Positions 34,721-42,822 of a stretch of 42,822 nucleotides of DNA are shown piece after piece; position 1 is the stretch's first letter; each line of letters opens with the position of its first letter. Below the pieces are notes generated by a model. It was not told the DNA's origin. It did no database searches and saw only the letters and a program-made list of their open reading frames with translations. Where the stretch lies: contig CANRCN010000003.1 of assembly GCA_947629135.1 (NCBI GenBank), positions 1 to 42,822 on the forward strand, in the 5' to 3' direction. The DNA is from an uncultured Bacilli bacterium (GTDB taxonomy: Bacteria; Bacillota_I; Bacilli_A; RF39; UBA660). The position numbers and the translations under genes were made by a program.

Positions 34721-36142
34721 ATGTATATTTTAAAAAATGCTTGGATTTCAATTGTTAGAAATAAAGGAAGGAATATTTTAATTGGAATCATTATACTTAT
34801 TATTGCTAGTTGTGCAACAGTTACTTTGGCTATAAAAAATACAGCTAATGACTTGATTGATTCTTATGTAAGTGCTTATGATAAGGAGGTTACAATTGGG
34901 TTTGACAGAAGCAATATGATGAAAGATTTAAATATGGGAGATCCTACTGGCAGAGAAGAAGTAAAAGAAAGATTTAATAATATTGTTAATTTATCTTTAG
35001 ATGATGTAAAAAAGTATGCTGATAGTGATTATATAAGTAAATATTATTATACTTATAGTATTGGTTTAAATGGTCAAAGTATTGAAAAGGCTGAAGTGGA
35101 AACCAATAATTTTGGAAGAAAAGATAAAGTTAATACTCAAACAGATTTTACTTTAACTGGTTATAGTAATATAGATGCAATGAGTGAGTTTATTGAAGGA
35201 ACTTATGTAATTGAAGATATTACTGATAATGCTTGGGATATTGCTTTTGATGGAGATTATGTATTTATTAATTCTGAGTTAGCAAGTTTTAATAAATTAA
35301 GTTTAAATGATACAATTACTTTAGTAAGTGAAGATTCTAAAACTTACGAATTTAAGATAATTGGAATATTTAAAGAAAATGAAGATTCGAGTGAACCTAA
35401 TATGTCAATGTTTTCTAACTCAGTTAATACGATTGTTACTAATGCTACATCTTTAGTAAAAATAACAGATGCAAATACTAATATTAAAGGAGATATTCAT
35501 CCAACTTTTATAATTAATGATTATAATGATGTTGATAAACTTCAAACTGAATTTTATGAAAAAGGTTTAGACGAGAATTATATTCTTGAAACTAATGAAG
35601 AAATAGCTAATGCAGGAGTTTCCAGTGTTAAAAATGTTAATTCTTTTGCAACAACATTTTTGATTATTACATTAATTATAGGTGGAGTTGTCTTATTTGT
35701 AATTAATATGATTAATATAAGAGAAAGAAAATATGAAATTGGAGTATTAAGAACAATTGGTGTTAGTAAGTTTAAATTAACTATGCAGTTTGTTTCAGAA
35801 CTTTTAATAGTTGCTTTATTAAGTCTTTTAATAGGAATGGGAATCGGAACTTTATCTTCAAAAGGTGTTAGTAATTCATTATTAGCAAGTGAAATTAGTA
35901 ATAGTCAAAATAAAAATGATGAAATAAATAAAAATTTTGGAAGAGGAGATCATGGTAATCTTGGAAAGGGAAGAGGATTTGCAGTAGTTGAAGCTTATGA
36001 TTCTATTGATGCAGTTGTTGATATGAAAGTTTTAGTTGAATTATTAGGGGTAGGATTATCTTTAGTCTTGATTAGTTCTATTGCATCTATTACAAGTATT
36101 CAAAGATTTTCACCACTTACTATATTGAAAGAGAGGTCATGA
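34721..36142 (+). CDS. MacB/FtsX-type ABC transporter permease
   Basis: N-terminal TM, large extracellular loop, RERKYEIGVLRTIG and 3 C-terminal TM. Confidence 0.9.
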   Translation: MYILKNAWISIVRNKGRNILIGIIILIIASCATVTLAIKNTANDLIDSYVSAYDKEVTIGFDRSNMMKDLNMGDPTGREEVKERFNNIVNLSLDDVKKYADSDYISKYYYTYSIGLNGQSIEKAEVETNNFGRKDKVNTQTDFTLTGYSNIDAMSEFIEGTYVIEDITDNAWDIAFDGDYVFINSELASFNKLSLNDTITLVSEDSKTYEFKIIGIFKENEDSSEPNMSMFSNSVNTIVTNATSLVKITDANTNIKGDIHPTFIINDYNDVDKLQTEFYEKGLDENYILETNEEIANAGVSSVKNVNSFATTFLIITLIIGGVVLFVINMINIRERKYEIGVLRTIGVSKFKLTMQFVSELLIVALLSLLIGMGIGTLSSKGVSNSLLASEISNSQNKNDEINKNFGRGDHGNLGKGRGFAVVEAYDSIDAVVDMKVLVELLGVGLSLVLISSIASITSIQRFSPLTILKERS

Positions 36143-36804
36143 TGAAAGAGATATTACTTAGTGTTAAAAATGTTAGTTATCGTTATAATGATGCAGAAGA
36201 AGATGAATATGCTTTACGAGATGTTAGTTTTGAGTTTGAAAAAGGAAAACTATATGCTATTAAAGGAAGAAGTGGTAGTGGAAAAACAACTCTTTTATCC
36301 TTAATCAGTGGACTTGAAAGATGCAGTGAAGGTGAAATTATTTTTGATAACAAGAGCTTAAAAGATATTAATTTAGATAAATATAGAAGTAATGATATAG
36401 GAATAGTATTTCAAAGTTATAATTTATTACCGTTTATGAGTGCTTCGGAGAATATTATTTTATCGATGGATATTAATGGGAATAAAGATAAAAATAAAAA
36501 AGAGCAAGCTATTAAATTGATGGAAAAAGTAGGGTTAAAATCTAGTTATGCTAATAGAAGAGTCTTAAGACTATCTGGTGGAGAACAGCAAAGAGTTGCA
36601 ATTGCAAGAAGTCTTTCTTATAATCCTAAAATGATAATTGCTGATGAACCAACTGGAAACTTAGATAAGAAAACTGAAACTGAAATATTAGAAATATTTA
36701 AAAAACTTGCTCATGAGGAAGATAAATGTGTTATTATAGTTACCCATTCCGAAAATGTATGTAAAATGGTTGATAAAGTTTATGATTTAGATAAGAAAAA
36801 ATAA
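36139..36804 (+). CDS. ABC transporter ATP-binding protein (LolD/MacB type)
   Basis: GRSGSGKT, LSGGEQQRVAIAR and ADEPTGNLD; ATGA overlap with the permease. Confidence 0.95.
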   Translation: MMKEILLSVKNVSYRYNDAEEDEYALRDVSFEFEKGKLYAIKGRSGSGKTTLLSLISGLERCSEGEIIFDNKSLKDINLDKYRSNDIGIVFQSYNLLPFMSASENIILSMDINGNKDKNKKEQAIKLMEKVGLKSSYANRRVLRLSGGEQQRVAIARSLSYNPKMIIADEPTGNLDKKTETEILEIFKKLAHEEDKCVIIVTHSENVCKMVDKVYDLDKKK

Positions 36805-36806
36805 GA

Positions 36807-36834
36807 AATTCTGGCAATTTGCTGGAATTTTTTT
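36807..36834 (+). terminator. Intrinsic terminator
   Basis: AATTCTGGCA...TGCTGGAATT plus T tract. Confidence 0.55.
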
Positions 36835-36893
36835 GTAGTAATAATTTTGACTTTACATGAATAATTTGATAAAATTATATAGAGAGAGAAATT

Positions 36894-37604
36894 ATGGAAA
36901 AAATAATTAAAAATATTTTAATAGTTATAAGTTTAATTATTTATTGGTACTTATTATATATTGTTCATAAATGGTATTTTTTTGATAGTTCTTATTTAAG
37001 AGGAGTTATCTTAATAATATTAATATGTTTAATGTTATTCTTTTATGGATTAATAGAAAATAAAAATAAAACTTATAAAAGTAATATTAATTTATATATA
37101 ATTTTATATTGTATACTTTTGATAAGTGTAACGTTTATTATAGGTCGTGATAAGTTAAGATTTTATGATTGGTGGTATAGTGGTCAGTATAGATTATTTC
37201 ATACAATATCATCTCAGATAAAATATGCAACATTTAAAACCTTTTTTAAAAATATTATAGGAAATAGTATTATGTTAATACCTTTGTCATTTTTATTAAT
37301 GATAAAAGATAAAAAATATAATAATATTTTAAGACAAATGCTTATTATTTTACCTACTGTAGTTTCAATAGAAATATTGCAAGCTTTTACTCATACAGGA
37401 ACATTTGATATAGATGATATATTTTTAAATTATGTAGGAACTTTAATATTTACTTTTTTAATTACAAGATTTAATTTGATTGATAAGATTAGAAAGATAT
37501 TTTATAAGGATTATAAAATTAAAATAAAAAGCAAAAAAATATTATTTTATTTAAGTGTATGTTTATTAATAATATTTGAAGTTATTATATTAGTAGTAAG
37601 ATAG
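36894..37604 (+). CDS. VanZ-like family membrane protein
   Basis: NIIGNSIMLIP, IEILQ and GTFDIDDIFLN motifs. Confidence 0.85.
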   Translation: MEKIIKNILIVISLIIYWYLLYIVHKWYFFDSSYLRGVILIILICLMLFFYGLIENKNKTYKSNINLYIILYCILLISVTFIIGRDKLRFYDWWYSGQYRLFHTISSQIKYATFKTFFKNIIGNSIMLIPLSFLLMIKDKKYNNILRQMLIILPTVVSIEILQAFTHTGTFDIDDIFLNYVGTLIFTFLITRFNLIDKIRKIFYKDYKIKIKSKKILFYLSVCLLIIFEVIILVVR

Positions 37605-37616
37605 GAGAAATGAAAA

Positions 37617-38921
37617 ATGGGAATATTTAATTTTTTAAAGAATAAGGAATTAGAAGATTTAAAAGAAATGCCTCTTGGATATTGGGAAGAAAAGTCTTAT
37701 ATGATTGCTATTTTAAATAAGATAGAGGAGTGGACACCTGAATTAATAGTTGAAAGAATTAATAAGATAAATGGATTAGAAGTTTTAGAAAATAATTTTG
37801 TTGCAAATGAGAGAACTCTTAAAGTTAAATTAAAATATGAAGATGATATATATGATGTAGGAATAATACCATGTCCTTTTAATATAATTGAATTTTATTT
37901 GAATAATATCTTTTACTTTAGTGAAGAGGAAAAAGAAAAAATAAGAAGTGCTCATATGGGAATGACTATTTCTATGTCGTTTCTTTCTGATATTAAAAAA
38001 TCTTTTCATTTGCAAATAAAGTTAGCAGTTGCAATTGCACCTGATTTATTAGGATTAGTAGATGAAAGTGCTGAAAGGGTTTTACCAGCTAGATGGGTAA
38101 AACTTGCTGCATCTTCTTTAATTCCACCTGGACCAAACGATATAGTAAATGTTCAAGCTGTTACAGGAAAAGAAGAAGTATGGTTACATACTCATGGGCT
38201 TTTAAGATGTGGTATTACTGAACTTGAAATTTTAAAATCTGATAGAAATAATTTTTCTAATCATTGTAATTTACTTATGTCTTATGCTAGTTTTTTGATT
38301 GATAAAAAAGATGATTTGGATCCTCGTGAAAGTTTTTATTATATTGGTATTCTTGAAAATCATAATCCTATTCTTGTAACTTGTAGATCTTGGACCTTAG
38401 CTTTAAAAGAATATGATAATTTAAAAATAGGTGGTCTTAGCGATAGGAAAAATGGCCATAATACAAAGACTAGTCCAATCTTTATTTATAAAAATGAAGA
38501 AGATGCTAATAATAAAAAAATTGATAAAGTTTCAATTTATAATGACATGTGGGGTAAAAATCCAATTTATTTTATAAGTGATGCTGAAACAGATAGAATG
38601 AGTAAACTTGCAAGAGAAAGATTTGATTATTTAAAGAAAGTCAATCATGAAGATGGAACAATGCTTTTAGCAAAAGTTGCATTGAAAGTAAATGATGGTA
38701 AAGATTTAGAACATATTTGGTTTGAAATTTTAGAATTTAAAGATAATAAGTTTAAAGCTAGATTAACTCAAGAACCATATGGTAAATCCAATGTTAAAAC
38801 GGGAGATGAAGTATGGTTAACAAAAGATGAAGTAACAGATTGGGAAATTTATACAAATAAATTTAAGATTAATCCAGGAAATGTTTATTTATTGGAGGAG
38901 ATAGAAAATGAAGGAAAATAA
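37617..38921 (+). CDS. DUF4026/DUF2314 domain protein
   Basis: FHLQIK, DESAE, VWLHTHGLLRCGITELEIL and C-terminal EHIWFE...LTQEPY...VTDW. Confidence 0.8.
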   Translation: MGIFNFLKNKELEDLKEMPLGYWEEKSYMIAILNKIEEWTPELIVERINKINGLEVLENNFVANERTLKVKLKYEDDIYDVGIIPCPFNIIEFYLNNIFYFSEEEKEKIRSAHMGMTISMSFLSDIKKSFHLQIKLAVAIAPDLLGLVDESAERVLPARWVKLAASSLIPPGPNDIVNVQAVTGKEEVWLHTHGLLRCGITELEILKSDRNNFSNHCNLLMSYASFLIDKKDDLDPRESFYYIGILENHNPILVTCRSWTLALKEYDNLKIGGLSDRKNGHNTKTSPIFIYKNEEDANNKKIDKVSIYNDMWGKNPIYFISDAETDRMSKLARERFDYLKKVNHEDGTMLLAKVALKVNDGKDLEHIWFEILEFKDNKFKARLTQEPYGKSNVKTGDEVWLTKDEVTDWEIYTNKFKINPGNVYLLEEIENEGK

Positions 38922-39348
38922 AAAGAAAAAGAAAAATAAAAAAATATTAATAGGTATTGGAATAGGACTTGCAGTTTTAATATATTTGCTTCCATTTATT
39001 GCAATTACAGGAAGTATTACTTATAGTATATTTAATAAAACAAAGTATGAGGAAAAAGGTAATCAAATTATTGTAAATAAAGATCAAATTATTATTGATA
39101 ATATTAGTTCTTATTATAATAGTGATACTAAGGAATATATAATATCTGGATATATTAATAATTCTAAAAAAGATTATTCTATTTCTATAACATTTGATGT
39201 ATATGATGAAAATAACTATATAATTGGACAAGCATTTGCAAACTTAGAAATGAAAAAAGGTAATAATTATAAGTTTAAAGCTTTTTATTTAGATGATGAT
39301 GCTAATGAAGTAATTAAATATAAATTAAATGATATAGAACTATATTAA
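38908..39348 (+). CDS. Membrane-anchored FxLYD-domain-like protein
   Basis: N-terminal TM; ISGYINN...ITFDVYD.NN..IG.A pattern. Confidence 0.65.
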   Translation: MKENKKKKKNKKILIGIGIGLAVLIYLLPFIAITGSITYSIFNKTKYEEKGNQIIVNKDQIIIDNISSYYNSDTKEYIISGYINNSKKDYSISITFDVYDENNYIIGQAFANLEMKKGNNYKFKAFYLDDDANEVIKYKLNDIELY

Positions 39349-39365
39349 GATAAAAAATTAAAAAT

Positions 39366-39417
39366 AAAAGTCACATTATAAAAATTATAAAAATTAAATT
39401 TTATATGTGACTTTTTT
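39366..39417. terminator. Long inverted repeat or terminator before bsh
   Basis: AAAAGTCACAT...ATGTGACTTTT. Confidence 0.45.
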
Positions 39418-39465
39418 ATTGATAATTTTTCTTGTTTGTGTTATTCTTTAAATGGAGGTAATAAT

Positions 39466-40440
39466 ATGTGTACAGCAATAACTTATAAAACAAATGATCA
39501 TTATTTTGGAAGAAATTTAGATTTAGAATATTCATATAAAGAAACAGTTACTATAACACCTAGAAACTATGAGTTTAGATTTAGAAAGGTTGATGATATC
39601 AAAAGTCATTATGCTATGATTGGAATGGCTTATGTGCAAGATGAATATCCGCTTTATTATGATGCAGTTAATGAGAAAGGCCTTGGAATGGCTGGATTAA
39701 ACTTTCCAGGAAATGCTTTTTATAATGAACTAAGGGAAGATAAAGATAATGTTGCTCCTTTTGAATTTATTCCTTATATTTTATCTTCATGTGTGACTAT
39801 AGAAGAAGCTAAAGAAAAGTTAAAAAATATTAATTTAGCAAATATTAATTACAGTGATAATTTACCAGTTTCTCCTTTACATTGGATAATAGCTGATAAA
39901 GAAAAATCTATTACAGTTGAAAGTACTAAAGATGGTTTAAAGATATATGATAATCCAGTAGGTGTTTTAACTAATAATCCAACCTTTAATATTCATATGT
40001 TTAATTTAAATAATTATATGAATTTATCTGTAGAACAAGCTGTTAATAATTTTTCTAAAGATTTGCAATTAGAACCTTATAGTAGAGGAATGGGAGCAAT
40101 GGGATTACCTGGAGATTTATCATCAGCATCTAGATTTGTTAAAGCCGTATTTACAAAGATTAATTCAAAATCTGGAGAAAGTGAATCAGAAAGTATTAGT
40201 CAATTTTTCCATATTTTAGGTTCTGTGTATCAGCAAAGAGGATGTGTTCATATGGGAAATAATCAGTATGAAATAACAATTTATAGTTCATGCATAAATC
40301 AAGATAAAGGAATTTATTATTATACTACTTATGAAAATAGTCAAATTACAGGAATTGATATGTATAAAGAAGATTTAGATTCTTCTAAGTTAATTAATTA
40401 TGAATTAATTAAAGGCCAACAAATTAAAATGCAAAATTAA
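39466..40440 (+). CDS. bsh: Choloylglycine hydrolase (bile salt hydrolase)
   Basis: Starts MCTAIT (N-terminal nucleophile Cys); GRNLD, NEKGL..AGLNF, LTNNP and LPGD..S.SRF; SD GGAGGT before ATG 39466 (track start 39436). Confidence 0.92.
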   Translation: MCTAITYKTNDHYFGRNLDLEYSYKETVTITPRNYEFRFRKVDDIKSHYAMIGMAYVQDEYPLYYDAVNEKGLGMAGLNFPGNAFYNELREDKDNVAPFEFIPYILSSCVTIEEAKEKLKNINLANINYSDNLPVSPLHWIIADKEKSITVESTKDGLKIYDNPVGVLTNNPTFNIHMFNLNNYMNLSVEQAVNNFSKDLQLEPYSRGMGAMGLPGDLSSASRFVKAVFTKINSKSGESESESISQFFHILGSVYQQRGCVHMGNNQYEITIYSSCINQDKGIYYYTTYENSQITGIDMYKEDLDSSKLINYELIKGQQIKMQN

Positions 40441-40478
40441 GTTTGCTTAAAAAGCAGACTTTTTAAATAGGAGAATTT

Positions 40479-41498
40479 ATGAATATAGAAGAAGAAGTAT
40501 TTAAAAGATGTAAAATTTTATATGATAAGTTAATTCCCTTTGGATTTACTAAGAAGAATAATATTTATGAAATAGAAAAATATATACTTGATAAAACATT
40601 TTTAATAAAAGTACAAATAACTTTTGATGGTAAGATTAAAGGAAATGTTTTTGATTTAGCCTTTGAAGATGAATATTCAAACTTTAGAACTAGTAATCAG
40701 AAAGGATCATTTGTTGGTAAAATTAGAGAAAAGTTTACAGATTTTCTTAAAGAAATAAGGGATAATTGTACTACCAAAACAAATTTTATAACGAGTCAAG
40801 CAAATAGAATAACAAATTTAGTAGAAAAAGAATATGGAGATAAGCCTGAATTTCTTTGGGAAGGTGAGGCTCATGGAGTATTTAGAAATAAAGATAATCT
40901 TAAATGGTATGGAATTATCATGAATATAAATAAAAATAAACTCGATAAAGAAGATAGGGAAATAGAAATATTAAATGTCAAGTTAGATGAGAATAAAATA
41001 AAAGGCCTTTTAAAAAGACCAGGATTTTATAAAGCTTATCATATGAATAAGGAAAAATGGATAACAATTATTCTTGATGATACAATTGATGATAAAGAAA
41101 TAATGGAATATATTAAGGAAAGTTATCTATTTACAAGCAAACCTAGTGAGTGGATAATTCCAGCTAATCCTACTTTTTGTGATACTTTTAGTTTTTTTAA
41201 AGAAAAAGATACTATTATGTGGAAACAATCTAATAATGTTAAAGTGGGGGATATTGTCTATCTTTATATTGGAGTTCCTTACTCTTCTATCATTTATAAG
41301 TGTCAGGTTATAGAAACAGGTATTCCTTATAATTATGAAGATAAAAATTTAACAATTAAAAAAACTATGAAAATAAAGTTAATTAACAAGTTTGAATCTG
41401 GGAAATATTCTATTGCTTTAATGAGAAAATTTGGTGTTAAAGCTGTAAGAGGACCAAGAAGAATGCCTCTTGAATTAAGTAAAAAAATTAAAGATTAA
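40479..41498 (+). CDS. MmcQ/YjbR family protein with a C-terminal EVE/PUA-like domain
   Basis: PEFLW, KWYG, AYHMNKEKWITI; C-terminal WIIPANP...WKQ...VGDIVYLY. Confidence 0.82.
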   Translation: MNIEEEVFKRCKILYDKLIPFGFTKKNNIYEIEKYILDKTFLIKVQITFDGKIKGNVFDLAFEDEYSNFRTSNQKGSFVGKIREKFTDFLKEIRDNCTTKTNFITSQANRITNLVEKEYGDKPEFLWEGEAHGVFRNKDNLKWYGIIMNINKNKLDKEDREIEILNVKLDENKIKGLLKRPGFYKAYHMNKEKWITIILDDTIDDKEIMEYIKESYLFTSKPSEWIIPANPTFCDTFSFFKEKDTIMWKQSNNVKVGDIVYLYIGVPYSSIIYKCQVIETGIPYNYEDKNLTIKKTMKIKLINKFESGKYSIALMRKFGVKAVRGPRRMPLELSKKIKD

Positions 41499-41584
41499 AT
41501 AAAAAATAAAAAAAGTTTTTAAATGTAACTTAGTAGTAACCTTATATGTCGTATAATTAATTTGTGAAAAGGAGGAACTTTTAT

Positions 41585-42259
41585 ATGGAAATATTAAAAG
41601 TTGATAATTTAACTAAAATATATGGAAAAGATACGACTAAGGTTGTAGCTCTTGATCATGTATCTTTTAGTGTAGAGAAAGGCGAATTTGTTGCTATAGT
41701 TGGAGCTTCAGGTTCTGGAAAATCAACACTTTTGCATTTAATTGGAGGTGTTGATAGACCAACATCAGGTAAAGTGTATATAGATGGTCGTGATATTTTT
41801 CAACTTGATGATGATAAACTAGCTATTTTTAGAAGAAGACAAGTAGGACTTATTTATCAATTTTATAATTTAATTCCTATTTTAAATGTTGTTGAAAATA
41901 TTACTTTACCTCTTTCTCTTGATAATAGAGAAGCTGATAAAGAAACCTTAAAAGAATTATTAGAATTATTAGGTTTAGAAAATAGAAAAAATCATTTACC
42001 TAATGAACTTTCAGGTGGTCAACAACAAAGAACAAGTATAGGAAGAGCTTTAATTACCAATCCAACGATTGTTCTTGCTGATGAACCAACGGGAAATCTT
42101 GATTCTAAAGCAAGTGATGAAATTGTAAGACTACTTAAAAAGACTAATAAAGAGTTAAAGCAAACAATTGTTATGATTACTCATAATATGGAAATTGCTA
42201 AAGAAGCAGATCGAATAATAAAGCTTGAAGATGGTAAGATAGTTGGTGACTATGAATGA
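41585..42259 (+). CDS. ABC transporter ATP-binding protein (LolD/MacB type)
   Basis: GASGSGKST, LSGGQQQR and ADEPTGNLD; SD AAGGAGG before ATG 41585 (track start 41564). Confidence 0.95.
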   Translation: MEILKVDNLTKIYGKDTTKVVALDHVSFSVEKGEFVAIVGASGSGKSTLLHLIGGVDRPTSGKVYIDGRDIFQLDDDKLAIFRRRQVGLIYQFYNLIPILNVVENITLPLSLDNREADKETLKELLELLGLENRKNHLPNELSGGQQQRTSIGRALITNPTIVLADEPTGNLDSKASDEIVRLLKKTNKELKQTIVMITHNMEIAKEADRIIKLEDGKIVGDYE

Positions 42260-42822
42260 ATCTTTTAAATAAATTAACTATCAAAAATCTTAAGTTGAAT
42301 AAAAAAAGAACGATTGTAACAATTGTAGGAATTATGTTATCAACTGCCCTTATCTGTGCTGTTGCTTCCATATATGTTAGTTTTATTAATTCAATTATTG
42401 ATTATGAAAAAAAAATACAAGGTAATTTTCATGTTGCATTTTATAATGTTCCAAGTAATGATATTAAAAATTTTGAAAACAATCGTTTAATTACTGATAT
42501 TTATATAACTAAAGATATAGGATATGCTAAGATAAATACCAAAAATGATTATAAACCTTATGCATTTGTTAAAGGTTTTACTGCTTCATCTTTAAAAAAT
42601 CTTGCTATTAATTTAACAGAAGGAAGATTACCAGAAAAGGATTATGAAATAGTAATACCAACTCATTTAGAAACAAATGGAAGGGTTAAATATAAGCTTG
42701 GAGATGTGATAACTTTAAATGTTGGTAATAGAGTTACGGATGATGGGTATAAACTTGCTCAAAGTAATCCTTATTATCCAGATGATATTGTTGAAGATGT
42801 AGAAGGAGAAGAAACAATTTTA
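42256..42822 (+). CDS. FtsX/MacB-type ABC permease, 5' part (truncated by the window edge; not in the ORF track)
   Basis: ATGA overlap with the ATPase stop; MNLLNKLTIKNLKLNKKRTIVTIVGIMLSTAL...EGRLPEK..EIVIP. Confidence 0.88.
   Translation, partial: MNLLNKLTIKNLKLNKKRTIVTIVGIMLSTALICAVASIYVSFINSIIDYEKKIQGNFHVAFYNVPSNDIKNFENNRLITDIYITKDIGYAKINTKNDYKPYAFVKGFTASSLKNLAINLTEGRLPEKDYEIVIPTHLETNGRVKYKLGDVITLNVGNRVTDDGYKLAQSNPYYPDDIVEDVEGEETIL

Noticed and set aside
37830-38015. 61-aa minus-strand ORF
   Set aside because: Antisense shadow in the DUF4026 gene
38977-39231. 84-aa minus-strand ORF
   Set aside because: Antisense shadow in the FxLYD-like gene
1-42822. CRISPR arrays, tRNA/rRNA, IS elements, code-4 (UGA=Trp) translation
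   Set aside because: No spaced repeats, cloverleafs or transposases seen by eye; genes end in TGA and prfB is present

Overview
Very AT-rich chromosomal window from a reduced-genome, probably anaerobic gut Bacilli/Firmicutes lineage (RF39/Mollicutes-like by gene content; taxonomy is inference). It uses the standard code: TGA is a stop, TGG is Trp, and prfB is present with the classic +1 frameshift. About 40 genes are present, nearly all on the + strand. Housekeeping genes: dusB, prfB, uvrA, lgt, trxB, whiA, clpP, gap, nrdDG. Accessory genes: bsh, lemA plus two DUF2207 paralogs, two MacAB/FtsX-type ABC systems, a COG1373 ATPase and many membrane or orphan genes. I saw no rRNA, tRNA, CRISPR array, integrase or transposase. 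Best candidates for undescribed biology: (1) a sortase module at 4119-7044, where a class D-like sortase is translationally coupled to a small helical substrate with a non-canonical VKQTG sorting signal and is bracketed by two paralogous membrane proteins; (2) a CarD-like gene coupled to a stand-alone RNA polymerase alpha-CTD-like protein whose DNA-binding patch has become acidic; (3) an inverted pair of perfect DnaA boxes at the lgt-trxB-whiA promoter; (4) an unannotated three-hairpin intergenic RNA at about 21045-21140; (5) an orphan with a cryptic transglutaminase-like Cys-His-Asp triad. All family calls come from motif recognition by eye; no database search was run.
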